Source of the DNA: Neodothiora populina
Taxonomy: Eukaryota
NCBI RefSeq assembly: GCF_041146345.1
Contig: NW_027191413.1
Location: 124,001-188,000 of the forward strand
Direction of reading: 5' to 3'
Length of the DNA stretch: 64,000 bases
Both the position numbers and the translations under genes were made by a program. This document shows, one piece after another, positions 1 through 11,978 of this stretch. The notes under the pieces were generated by a model. That model ran no database searches and was not told the origin of the DNA. It saw only the letters and a program-made list of their open reading frames with translations. Every line of letters starts with the position of its first letter. Position 1 is the stretch's first letter.

Positions 1-1743
1 GGTGAATCGAAGAGGACGCGAAGTAAACTGACGCGAAGATCGGCGCTTGTGGCCCGCAGATTTGGGTCGACCAGTCAGGGATTTGAGAGAGCGCGAGGAG
101 CTCGGGCGCGCAAGCATTGGTTGATCAAATTCGATAATAGCCGAACGTCTTTTGATGTCCCGATTTCTTTTAGAGACTGGTATTCCAATGGACGGCGTCG
201 CCACGTTCGCCTCGTCGATGTCCGTGCGGGAAGGATCATCCTGAAGTTGGGGTGAAATCAATCGGTCCTCGTCGGAGAAGACGGTGGAGTCATCATCGCT
301 GCCATAAATCATATCGCGACAAGCAAGGCAGAGCCTTAATCGTCCAGGTTGTCCAAAGTCTTTTCCAGGAACAAGTTGGGTACATTGCGAATCGAAAATC
401 TGACCACAAGTCCTGCAATGGTGCTTCCTTCGAAACGTAGAGAATGCAACACCACAACGGAAGCAATCTCTTGCATTCTCGTCCTTCATCCAGAACTCCT
501 TGCTGAGGACCCTCCGCCTCCAGTGCGCTGGGACGAACCCAGTCTTGCCATTCTGGCTCTGTGATAACCTTGACCGCGGTCGTCTGTTCTGGAAGCCTGC
601 GTTGAAGTTGGGCGGGATTTCGGACACTGGTGTCGCGACTGGAGTATTCGCCTTGCTGTTGGACGCTGAGGGGACCGTCGACGATGATTGTGAGATGCGT
701 AAGTTCGGCAGATGCGAAGCACTGACCCGTAGAGTAGGTCTCTCTCTTGTGTCGGAAGCAACGAGAACGGGAGAAGACAAGGCAGATTTACTGTTGATCG
801 AGAACTGTTCCGACTGAGAAGGGGTCTGCGACTGCCGTCGAGAGGGCGCGCTGGTTGTGTGAGAGATTTGAGAGGGAATCGGCTTCAAAGGCGGCTGCAG
901 TGATTCAACACTTGGCATAGGCGAGGCCAGCCTCGGTGATTGGTCACCCGGAGCAATAGTAGCACTCTCATCACGCATGAATGGTGCACCCTGGAAGGAA
1001 GATCGATTTGACATCGGAAGGTCTCTAATATCAGCCGGAGAGGTTACCGAGGGCGAACCCTGAAGCTTAGCAAGAGCGAGGTTGAGGTGCATATCTCGTG
1101 ACGCTGGTCGTGAGTGAGCTTTCTGGACAGGTCGCTGGAGCACAGTAAAGCCGGATTCATCGGCATCATCGAAGAGTGAGGATGGTTGAAAAGGCGCCTG
1201 TGAACTGAAAGAACTTGGCCGTGTCGAAGACAGGTTCAAGCTGCTGCGTGACACGTGCTGTGATGGAAGAGTTCTTGGCGTCATGGACGGAGAAGGTATC
1301 GAAGGAGTCGCCAGTGGTGGCGCAGGGATAGGTCTCGCCCTGTCCTCCAGGTTGGCCTTGTAGACGGCACTCGACGAACTCTTGATGGATGCATTATCAG
1401 GAGGGTAGCCAAAACTCGCGCGACTCGCTGGTCTGCCTGAAGTTTCGGAGGTTGGTGACGAGGCACCAACACTCTGCCTCAGTCTCGAGTACAGTCCACT
1501 GATTCCACCGCTGACAAACTCTTTCGGACCAGATGCCCTGCCACCAGTAGCGCTTCCATCGAAGTCTCTAAATGAAGTCAGGGCGTCGGATTTTGAGGCG
1601 GTTGTATGGATATCGTCGAGTGCTTGAGCCAGAGCTTCCTTATCAACGATGGACCGTAGTGAGGAGACGGAACCTCGACGAGAACGGAAAGCGGGGACCG
1701 GTTGAGTAGAAGAAGCAGACGGAGCCCTCCTTTCATGAGCCAT
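1..1743 (-). CDS. FAB1: PtdIns(3)P 5-kinase Fab1/PIKfyve, N-terminal part (runs off window start)
   Basis: Reading frame from ATG at 1743 (MAHERRAPSASS...SRRGSVSSLRSIVDKEALAQALDDIHTTAS), absent from the ORF track presumably because no stop lies in the window. The same frame has a FYVE domain at ~300-520: VLSKEFWMKDENARDCFRCGVAFSTFRRKHHCRTCGQIFDSQC...RLCLAC. Confidence 0.9.
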   Translation of the reverse strand, partial: MAHERRAPSASSTQPVPAFRSRRGSVSSLRSIVDKEALAQALDDIHTTASKSDALTSFRDFDGSATGGRASGPKEFVSGGISGLYSRLRQSVGASSPTSETSGRPASRASFGYPPDNASIKSSSSAVYKANLEDRARPIPAPPLATPSIPSPSMTPRTLPSQHVSRSSLNLSSTRPSSFSSQAPFQPSSLFDDADESGFTVLQRPVQKAHSRPASRDMHLNLALAKLQGSPSVTSPADIRDLPMSNRSSFQGAPFMRDESATIAPGDQSPRLASPMPSVESLQPPLKPIPSQISHTTSAPSRRQSQTPSQSEQFSINSKSALSSPVLVASDTRERPTLRVSASHLPNLRISQSSSTVPSASNSKANTPVATPVSEIPPNFNAGFQNRRPRSRLSQSQNGKTGFVPAHWRRRVLSKEFWMKDENARDCFRCGVAFSTFRRKHHCRTCGQIFDSQCTQLVPGKDFGQPGRLRLCLACRDMIYGSDDDSTVFSDEDRLISPQLQDDPSRTDIDEANVATPSIGIPVSKRNRDIKRRSAIIEFDQPMLARPSSSRSLKSLTGRPKSAGHKRRSSRQFTSRPLRFT

Positions 1744-2513
1744 ACTGTGCTTTCCTTTTCGCCGAACGCGACTGTTGCTGCTTTCGCTGTCGCTGTCGCT
1801 GCCTGGTTGCCCAAGCTGACCAATTCATCCCGCACTGGTGTTGTTTATCTTCTTACTGACTTGTCTCCTAGACAGGCATCGCCACAGAAGCAAGGTAGAC
1901 AATATAGATATATCTCGAATCTGCGATCAAAAGGTGTACAGGAATGGATGTCTTTGTCATATGTTGTATATTGATGCTGTCCGCGAGGATGGATGGAAGT
2001 ATGCTATCGAACAGATGTGCCTTGACAAGGACTCTTCATGAAACAGACGGATACGAGAAAGTGAAGGCTGCCCACTCTCCTTACATCATGTGCGAATGAT
2101 TCCAACCTCTTCGAAATACCCTGGACATTACACATCACTGCCGTTCTGACGTGTCACCCCTTCACGCTAACACATGACGCCTCGGGGGTTCATCGTCTCC
2201 CCCCGCCTGCCTATCTTGGCACCGTCGGCGCACCTTCCCCCATACCTCAAGGTAGCCAAGTTTCTTTCACCAAGGCCTCAGATGTGTTTCATGTTATGTT
2301 GAATTATGCAGTGCATAATCTGTCACCTTGTCTGAGACGCGTCGGATCAACTGTGCTTGTACTCACCTTAGATAGTTCCGCACGTCAAACGCCCTTTCCT
2401 CTTTGTGATTGATGTCGCTTTGAATGGTGTGCAAGATGTACCTTATCTACCTTAGGTAGCGCACTGATCTTACAGTACGCTCCGAACCTCTACTTGGTAA
2501 GTCCATTGAGATA

Positions 2514-5153
2514 ATGGTAGCCATGAAGACTTGGTTGCATAAGGAGATACATTCTCAACTTACTGGACTTTCAATGCAGCCTGAGGGCAACGGCATGCTG
2601 CACAACGATGCCCGTGCCCCTAGCAGTGTACATAGAGATGGCTATACTTTCTGGCTGCGTAACATTGTAATCCCTCCAGAATTAGTCATAATCTCTTCTG
2701 TCAGTTGGGTGACAGTACGATTTATGGCAACAAAAGCTAATCTGGCTCTTCTATAACAGTGGATTAACCCAAAAGGGCCCCAGTGCTTCGTGGCTGATGC
2801 TACAGTCAGCATTCTTGCAACTTTCGAACCCGCAGCAGAGAAAAACCTTCCCACCCTGGAACAGAGATGCGGTACTCCAGTCTGGGTTACTTCGTTCGAC
2901 TTGTTTGCCACTCTGGACCAGAAGCATGACTGCGTTCGACTGATGATCAGAACCTGCGAAGTAGGCTCACAATCTGACGTGATTTCGAAAGTGGTCTCGG
3001 ATCGCAAATTGCTCGCCGAGTGTCTCCAACTACAGAGGCTACTGATTAGGCTCAAGAAGCTTCAGGAAAGTAGAGAAGTGGAAGGGCGCGCGAAAATGGA
3101 AGACGAATCGAACGAAAGTGATGGAGAAATCTTGACACAGTTGCCACCTTGGACTGATGGGCAGCAGAGTGATCAGTCCAAGGTTGCAGATGAACACCTG
3201 CCTCCGGACTCCAGCATGCTACTTGATCAAGGTCCAGCTCTGCCTGCTGAACCGTTCTCTACCGAGCCACCATATCTAGCAGAAAGCTCGATGCCCGATG
3301 GCCTAGATGCCTCCGAGCCCGAGCCTGAATCTGCGATGTCAAATCCACAGGCGTCTTGCGATGACCGTGTTCCACTGGCAACAATTGTCAAACGATCTGC
3401 AAATGGAGACAGAATGCCGCACCCACTCTATCTCAAGTATGCCCGTAAACGGCTGTCAGCGAAGCAGAAAGCAACTCCACAGATAGAAGACGTCTCCGAA
3501 GAGCAACCAATCACGCATCAGCCTCCGGAAGGAGGAGGTCTAGTTGCTGATGTCGAGAGTAAGGATACTGAATTACCCACTCGACCACTATCGGGAACAA
3601 CGTCTCCAGCACAAGCGCCGCAGTCGGAGGACAGTGAAATTCTGTCCGGGTGGAGTAATACTCCTGTCCGGGAGTTGACAAAAGAGGACTATCCTCCTAA
3701 CGATAGTGATGTCGATGATGATCGCCCGGCGCAGAAACCCGTGGTCAGTCATGACCATCCCAGCGATCATCACAACGAGCACGTTGACACCACCGATAAA
3801 GGTGAAGGGAACATCAATGTCGAGGGGCTAAAGAGCCCCTGTAGAAGCGCCACACATTCACCTAGACTGTCCGCCCAACTGTCACCTAATGCCGGTCTAG
3901 CACCGAAGAATGAGTTGGGCCCACCACCAGGTCTGTCGGATGCGACGGACGAGCATCAAGACATTGCATCGTCACCTCCGCGAAGCTCATCCGTAGTGTC
4001 GTTCCAATCCCAGGCCAAGGTAGCAGAAAGTCCGTGGCTCGATCGAGCATCCTCCTTCAAGCGCAAACACAGCCCGCAGCTGCAGCAAGGAAATCCTATG
4101 AAACGGCAAAAGTCAGAGGGCTTGACCTGGTCACAGCCTAGCCAGCAACCTGCGGAAGACCCTCGACTTGCTTACCGACGACGACGGCGTGAATACTTCA
4201 AGGACATGAAGCGAAAAACATCTCCCGAAGCAGATGTCTTACCCAAAGCCGATGCTATGACGTTGCCGGCGCAGCTGGCTGAGGACACTATTAGCACCAC
4301 TCGTGCTCCCGGTGAGAACTTGCCTGATACCGTTGGAACCCCCCTGAAACTGCAGCTCGAATCATAATCAGTAGAAGGCCAATCGCACGAGATAGTCCAT
4401 GCAGCGAGGCACCCAGCAGAGCCGCGACGGGAATCAGTGCAACATCTGACTTTATAGCGAGAGCAACCTCACTCGTACGGCCCGCAAGGTTAGCCGAGCT
4501 TCGTGTAACCGAAGAGCCACAGCGGACGGTCGACTGGTGAGTCTGACAATCAATCATGATTGCTAAGAATAACCAGTCCATGAACTAAATCAAAATTCTA
4601 CCCCAGGCTCCAAGATGTATACACCTCCGACCCTCGATCCAAGATCCCCCAGATCGATGTCTACAAAACATACAAAGCCGCCTTCTCTAGCAGCGAAATC
4701 CGACCCCAAGCAGGAGTGGCCTTTTTCAAGTACATTCCCATTTTGTTTTCCAAGTCTCGAATCGAGAAAGTCGAAGATCCCAGCACCAGCACGACAGCAT
4801 ACTATGTTCGAGGCATCGGCTTGAAGCTAGACTCAGACCAAACCCAGCAACAAGGTGTGTCTCATGAGAATATTCCAACGAGAACACTCGACACCAATAC
4901 TCTCCCCTTACAGCCAAGACGCATGGATAAAACCCGTCTTGAAGCATTTTACGACTCCTTCGCAGCTCTGGGAAAGCCTCTATCGCAACAGGGAAATGCA
5001 TGGGCGACGAAGACGACAACGAAGAATGGACAGCATGATCATGATACTCTCCATCAAGAACAGCAGCAGCGGCATAGTTCGTCGCGGAGAGCAAGTGGAA
5101 GTGAGAGGAATATCGACGTCCTGTCGTGGACACTCGGTGGCAGACATATATGA
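2514..5153 (+). CDS. Putative Est3/TPP1-like (shelterin) OB-fold protein with long disordered linker and C-terminal RFX-like winged helix
   Basis: Hand-spliced with introns 2700-2759, 4312-4355 and 4537-4606, which keep the frame. N-terminus MKTWL...W.NPKGPQCFVADATVSILATF resembles the Est3/TPP1 OB fold (from recall). Last exons give VDWLQDVYTSDPRSKIPQIDVYKTYKAAF...FFKYIPILF...YYVRGIGLK. Confidence 0.55.
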
Positions 5154-5660
5154 AGAAGCAAAGAGAGAGAGAACGAAGGTGAACTATCGACTCGGACGAC
5201 TCTGTACTTCTAGTGCTACTCAAAAACAGAGGCACTTGCTCATCACCGAAAGCGACGGACGCTCTTGTCCCGTGTTCAGTCGTGGTAAATGACTTAATTT
5301 AATTTAGCTAAGACTAGATCCAAAAGCATATCACAGCTCAATCGACTTGGAGGCAAACAGGGTAGCAAGGACAGCCATGTGTGTTCTCAAGTACATCTCC
5401 AAACCCGTTCCTACTACTTCAAAATAAATGAATCTTTCTCCGACAGACCTTCTCTGTTCCCTTTCCATGTACAAAAGCTTTCAAAACCAAACAATTGACA
5501 AAATAGAGAGAAAGTGGAATCAACAAGATCAAGAAAATGGACTGCAGGATAAGTGCTAACAAGACACAAGCCTTACAGCCAAAAAAGGCGAGTAAGTGAG
5601 CCCAAGAAGAACATATAGTGGGAGTGCAAGGCCCAAGAAACAACACCGTCTCAAACACAT

Positions 5661-7148
5661 TCAAGTCTTCCAGATGAGACGTTCGACGACCTCGGGCTCC
5701 CACATGAAAGTGTCTTCAAGCCCGGAGAAAGTATCATCTCCCTCGACACTGTCTCCGAAGCCTTCTCCGTCGACCTCATCTTCCAAGTCTTCGGCATGCC
5801 CGTCGAGCAGATCGTCAGTATCTCTGAGCCTAGGACACGAAGTAGCAGGTAGATACCACACAAACTCGTTCTTGAGCTGTCGTGCAGTCAACGACGACTT
5901 GCCGTTTGCGGTAATCGCAGCGGCTTGCATGTCTTCGAGGCAAGACGTGATGGGAAGACGGATGATGTGCTTGACCATGGCTTCTGTGTCCGAATGCAAG
6001 GAATTCCAGGACTGAGCATTCGGTCCGACGACTAGGGCATAGTATGCTCTCATAGTTTCGGGGATACAGCCGGGGGAAAGGGTCTCTGGCTCTTGCTCTC
6101 GCTGTTGCTTCTGCGCAGCGTCATCGCTGGTCCATATGTCACGGACGAAAAAGTCGCTGCGTCTCGAATAGACAGATTCTGTGACCCGGGTGTGTTGAGC
6201 AGAAGTGCCGATTGGGGACTCAGCAACACTCTTGATGACCCATCTGTGGTCAGGCATCCATCCGTTCTTTAAAGGGTAGGCACATTGCCGCCAGTGATAC
6301 CTACATCCGGATCCCTCGATAGAGCCGTCGTATCCTGCTTGGGCGGTCTCATAGGCCCGGCACGTTCGGCAGTATTGGGGCAGAGGCGCATGGAAAACCG
6401 GACAACAGGATTCGGTTGTCAGAATCACCACTTCGAGCTTTCGAAGGTTGGTTAGGCCGTGAAGGTACTTGCGGGTGGCCTGCCAACGGGGTAGTTGGGC
6501 AAGTGGCAGTCCAAGGTACGCGATCGCCTCGGAAGGTGCAAAGAGGAACAGAACGAGAGTGGCGTGAAGCTCGAGTTTGAACTTGCGGATCTCGGTGCTG
6601 TGACCATGAGTGTGTACATACTCCAGGAAATCATGCAGAGCTAGAATGTCGTTACCCCACCAGCCGCTGGTACGGGAGACAATGACATAACTGCGAGCGC
6701 AAAAGTCTGTCACGTCCCCAGTGGGTAGACGACAAGCACTAGAGAAGACGAAAGGAGTTGTTCTCATGTACCATTGAGTGTATTCATCCTGGAGAGCCGA
6801 GGAGATCACACTGAACGGAGAGACAACAGTATAGTGAACGGTCGTGATATCTCTCTTGTCTTCGCGGCGTACTGTTTCGCCATTCCAGTTCAAGGTGAGG
6901 GCACTGGAGGCGCCGCTTCTAGGATACCTACGAAGGCGAAAAGGATTGACATTGCGCACGTTCTCGAAGATGAGGGCCAGGATCTCGCTAGGAAGCGTCA
7001 GGAGGGTGCAAGAGCCAGGTATCAAGCGGAGCTCGTTGAAGTTGGTCGAGAGCGACTCCTCAGAGGGGGTGATTGCCCTGGTAGATCTATGCGAATCCCA
7101 AGTTTCCGCTTCAACGCCCCAGGGGAGGGTATTCAGTACAGATTTCAT
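5661..7148 (-). CDS. F-box-like domain hypothetical protein
   Basis: Long ORF with first plausible ATG at 7148 (MKSVLNTLPW). F-box-like motif LLTLPSEILALIFENV; acidic C-terminus. Confidence 0.6.
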   Translation of the reverse strand: MKSVLNTLPWGVEAETWDSHRSTRAITPSEESLSTNFNELRLIPGSCTLLTLPSEILALIFENVRNVNPFRLRRYPRSGASSALTLNWNGETVRREDKRDITTVHYTVVSPFSVISSALQDEYTQWYMRTTPFVFSSACRLPTGDVTDFCARSYVIVSRTSGWWGNDILALHDFLEYVHTHGHSTEIRKFKLELHATLVLFLFAPSEAIAYLGLPLAQLPRWQATRKYLHGLTNLRKLEVVILTTESCCPVFHAPLPQYCRTCRAYETAQAGYDGSIEGSGCRYHWRQCAYPLKNGWMPDHRWVIKSVAESPIGTSAQHTRVTESVYSRRSDFFVRDIWTSDDAAQKQQREQEPETLSPGCIPETMRAYYALVVGPNAQSWNSLHSDTEAMVKHIIRLPITSCLEDMQAAAITANGKSSLTARQLKNEFVWYLPATSCPRLRDTDDLLDGHAEDLEDEVDGEGFGDSVEGDDTFSGLEDTFMWEPEVVERLIWKT

Positions 7149-7723
7149 ACTGCTGAGCTTCGAGGTATCAATAGAACGCTTTGAGTCCAGGGACAAGAGT
7201 AGTTGCTCGAGCGGTATCCAACGAATGGTGTCAAAAAGTATAAAAAAATGTATAGGGGCCTGAGACACTGTAGCAATACAATCGAGGATAGTAGAAGAAG
7301 CAGGATTCGAGGATAGCAATGTATATATATAGCAATTAAAAAGAATGTGTGTGCATAGGCAAAAGCCAATTGCATCTGTGATTAGTTGTAAATACCAAGT
7401 TTGTTGCACCAGCACAGAAGATTCGATTATATAGCTCGGCTGCTACACAAAGTTCGTTGGAGGAAGGCATGACCGGCAATTCGGATGCGAGCGAGCAAGT
7501 TCCAGTTCTGTCCAAATGTTGTCAAGTACTTGTTGGCTATTTGAGTCTCACATATGTTGTTCTGTATGCGCTTTATACGTGACACTGGCCGTTAATCCTA
7601 GTCATTGTCGACCTATAGGTTCTCTGTAGACAGAGGCCCCCTGTCAGAGTGATCATGGTAAGTTTGTTATGCGTCAGACTATGTCGTGGATGTCATATGA
7701 CATAGAAGTAGAACAATCACAGT

Positions 7724-9860
7724 TCATCGGCGTAACCTCGTGAGCCTTGTAGCCACTCCTCTGGATTCCTGGTTCGAATTTGCTGCAGCAATCGCAGCAA
7801 TGCCATCAAAAACTTGGCTGAGACCCTCATCGTCATCCTCTCGGGGCAGAGCTGCAAATCGCTTGATATCAGACGAAAGTGCTGTCGTTGTGGAATGTTT
7901 TGCCGTTGTCGTCAACGCAGTCGTGGACTTGCCACGGAATGACGACGTTACGGTCATCGGTGCAAACAGTGCAGCATCAACGTCTACATCGCTCCCCCGG
8001 GGCTCTTTTGTTGAGGTGTGATTTTCAGCAACTCCTTTTCCTGCTTTTGTAGGCTTTTTGGGTGGTACATGTGCAGCTTCAGCAGGCTGAGTGACATGTT
8101 TTAAATCATCATCGCAGGCAAGTTTAGTCTCAGGGACAGCTTTCTTTCCACGGGCGCGTGTCGTAGTCTTTGTAAGGGTGGTCGCCTTCTTTTTTTGCAG
8201 CGGCGCCTTTTCGGACATTTGCTTTGACAGTGGTTCTGGCTTCGATTTCTCCTTAATTCCCTCCACGTCGGTGTCTACCGTAGTTGCGTCAGACTTTCGG
8301 GGAGACGCCAGATTTGCATCTTGCTCTGCCAAAGGCTTCCTATTGCGGATTGTTCCAGAGTCGTTCATTCTGGCTTCATCTTTGCGTGCAACAGTAGATG
8401 ACTGATGTAAAATATTCTGCTTATGTGCTTCCCGTGGTGGTTGAGGTGAGGTGGGCATGACAGCAGCCACTTCTACAGTCGGAGGAATCTCGTTTACCTC
8501 AGGCTTTGGAGCCACCTTCTTTCCACGGCCTTTCCGCTTTGGAGGGTCTTCCGCCGCTATTTCTGTACGAGCGACTGCCTCATTTGGTGAGCTTTCCGGG
8601 GTTTCTTGTAGCGGGGTATCAACGACTATTTTCTTGGTTCGTCTCGGTTTGGATGTGGTCGTTATTGTCGAAGATTCACAATTCGAATCAATCTCGCGTG
8701 AACCAGCATTCCGTGTTTGAGCTGTAGGCTTATTGCTATGTGTGTCATTCCGCGCCGCCATCGCTAGTTCTGGGGCTTCTTCGAAAGCTGACAATCTGCG
8801 TTTTCTCGTCTTTTTCGTAGATTTCTCAGTGATCTTTTGGACGTTGATTTCGGCAGTAACCTGAGGCTGGGAGAGAATTTGTGCCTGCTTCTCGTCTTCA
8901 GTGGTCACTTCCTTCTTGGAAGATGCTCGACTGCCATGCTGCACGCTGAACAGATTGGAAGACTCAGCCTCTGTCTTTGCCTTTACCCTTGGCTTCGCCT
9001 TAGCCTTTTCTTTGGCGACACGTTGCGAATCCTCGGGCACAGGATTCGCATGTACAATTGTTCTGCAGTCGGCTTGGTCGGCCTCCTCTGGACTATCATT
9101 TTCTTTGGAAGCTTCGGCTCGCGCTCGCTTGCTTGGCAATCGTTGCGGAGCTAATTGAGACGCAGCAGGCGCCTCGGCCTGATATGCCTCACTTTTTGAT
9201 ACTCGACTGGGCGCCTTTCTCTTTTTGCTGACAGGGGCAGGAGGTCGTGCTATGGTCGCTTTGTCGAAAGATAGTTCGTCATCATCCTCGGCATTGTCTT
9301 GCACTGTATCCACCTCCTCTGCCTTATGTTCATCCTCAACAACCTCCCTTATGGCTTCACGATTTTCTTTTGTGCGTTTTGTCGCGGGCTTCTTCTTGGT
9401 GAACAATGCTTTTCTCTTCTTCGGTGCCTTCCGTATTGGTCTTTCGGAAAGTACTGCCTTCAAATCGACCTCGTCATCTGCAGCCGGGATTGCTTCAGCT
9501 GCTTCAACCTTAGTCTCAATAAGGACATTCGACTCATGCTGCTTGATTCTTGGGACAGCAACACTCGGCGAGCGCTTCTTAGTGAATGCAAATCCATCGA
9601 CTGTATATCCATTGAATGGTTCTTGTGGTGGCTGTGCTTTTTGAGTTGACGGAGGCTTTTGTACTGGGTTACTACCGGCCTTGAAGACGAATCCAAAGTT
9701 GCCTTGTATCGCTCGAGCACTACAGTTGTCAACCCAGAATGTTCATAGTAATTATGTTCATTCCATTATCGGCTTACCCGGCGCCTCGTTGTCGCATCAA
9801 ATGACGCTCTTCGCGTACTCCTACTTTCTGTATCAACAAATCATTCTTCCGGGGGATCAT
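7724..9860 (-). CDS. Lys/Glu/Thr-rich low-complexity hypothetical nuclear protein
   Basis: ATG at 9860 and intron 9720-9777 join MIPRKNDLLIQKVGVREERHLMRQRGAG|ARAIQGNFGFVF to the 579-aa ORF. Many basic NLS-like clusters. Confidence 0.6.
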
Positions 9861-10133
9861 AATCAGCACTAACCCAAGGCCACATCCATCTTCCACCTCA
9901 TGCAGACTATATACAATGCTTGTTATTCGCGATAATACCTATTCAATACTGCTGTATTTACAAGACGTCATGTTTGTTTACCACGGAGGTGTCTGCGGAG
10001 AGGAAGCCGGATCAACAACGGCCCGAGATTCACGAAGTACGCGACGTCGTTCCAGGGTCCGGTATGGGAATCTGAGCTCGTCCGTAACTTTTTATGAAGC
10101 TGTGCGACTCGGTCGCAACAAGCCATCGCAGAC

Positions 10134-11908
10134 ATGACTCGACCGCCGCTTCCTCGAGGCGCGGATCCGTCGCTGCTGAAATCGTATATATGCCGCAGAT
10201 GTATCCTGAACAACACACGCAATGCTAGATCCAGAACATTCCAAACGTCAGCACGACAAAGGAAGGCGCAGAACGAAGCTGACGCCGAATGGCAGTCACG
10301 GGCGCAAGAAGTCGCCTCTGGCCAACGGAAATCCATGTTGACAGTTCTGGAAGAGCGCGGCTTCATAAAAGATATCGCAGGATCGCGGAGCTCGCTGGAG
10401 AAGCTATTGAACAATAAACGGACTGCAGCGTATGCGGGAATAGATCCCACCGCACCTTCTCTACATCTCGGACATTTACTTCCCGTTATGATTCTTTTCT
10501 GGCTACACATCCATGGCTACCACGCGATTTCCCTGGTGGGAGGTGCTACTGCCAAAGTCGGAGATCCATCTGGCCGTCTCTCCACCCGCACAGACATGGA
10601 TACGGATACTCGCATAACCAATCTCACTGCTATGCGCTCCCAAGTAGGACAATTATGGCAGAATCTGGTACCGGTGGTGGCAAAGCATGGATATATCAAG
10701 ACTCCCACATGGAAGAGTGATGTTTACGACAACACGACCTGGCTAGCGAATCTACCCATCATCGATTTTCTGGCTGTCTTGGGTCGAGGCGCAAGGATGG
10801 GTACGATGATGGGAAGGGACACGTGAGTGAGTCCCTGGTGTTACATGATCACTCATCGCTGGGGATTGGTCAGCTGATTACGAGAGAATCACAGAGTACG
10901 CAACAAGATGACAAAAGGCGATGGCATGTCCTTTGCTGAGTTCACTTATCCTCTGCTACAAGCGTGGGACTGGTGGCACATGTACAAGACAGACGGAGTG
11001 CAGCTGCAGATTGGTGGCTCCGATCAGTATGGAAACATCGTCGCAGGAATGGATGCCATCAAATACATCAAGTCTTCGCAGTCGGAAAAAGACGAGACCG
11101 ACATTGATCCCATGGAGGCGCCGTACGGCATCACCACCCCGCTTCTCACAACCAGCTCTGGGACAAAGTTCGGGAAGAGTGCTGGCAATGCTGTCTGGCT
11201 AAACCAAAACATGACAACACCCTTTGATCTATACGGCGTTAGTCGTCTAAACATTCTCAAATTGACACACAACGTATACTGACCATACTCTAGTTTCTCC
11301 TTCGCTCCTCAGACTCGGACGTGAAGAAATACCTCTGCCTCTTCACTTTTGTTCCCCTGCCTCAAATCGAGCAAGCAATGGAACAACATCTCGCCGACCC
11401 AGGCAAGCGCGTCGCGCAACATCTACTCGCGCGCGAAGTTCTCGACCTTGTGCATGGCGTCGGAGTAGGAAAAGCAACAGAGGCGCAACATTGCCTACTC
11501 CGCAAGCCAACTTTTGAGTCCTTGGTATCGTCATCCGTAACAATGAGAGGAAACGCCGCTGCCCCGGACACAGTTGGCACTGCGGAGGAAACGACATCGA
11601 CTCCACAATCCGGAATCAACAAGACAAGATTACCCAAAAGTCTCGTGGTGGACACGCCCATCTCACACATTCTCTGTCATGCCGGTCTAGCCCCTACCAA
11701 GTCCGCTGCGAATCGTCTGATCCAATCGAACGGCGCGTACATTGGCGTCAGATCCGAGAATGACAACGGAAGCGAACTGGTTTTCCGTCCTATTCGTGGT
11801 CTGACTACTGAATTCGTTAATGAGGTTGTGCAAGAAACAGGCATGTTGGTGCTCAGAGTAGGAAAGTGGAAAGTCACTGTTGTTCAAGTCGTCAATGATA
11901 GTTCATAG
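10134..11908 (+). CDS. MSY1: Mitochondrial tyrosyl-tRNA synthetase (Msy1/CYT-18 type)
   Basis: Introns 10823-10894 and 11238-11293. Motifs YAGIDPTAPSLHLGH, GDPSGR, EFTYPLLQAWD, QIGGSDQYGNI, KFGKSAGNAVW; C-terminal S4-like LRVGKWK; Arg-rich presequence. Confidence 0.96.
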
Positions 11909-11978
11909 TGATACTAAGAAATTCAGGTACAACTCAGTCCATACTCGCATATCAGGTCGCACCTTCTCCTGATCAAAA

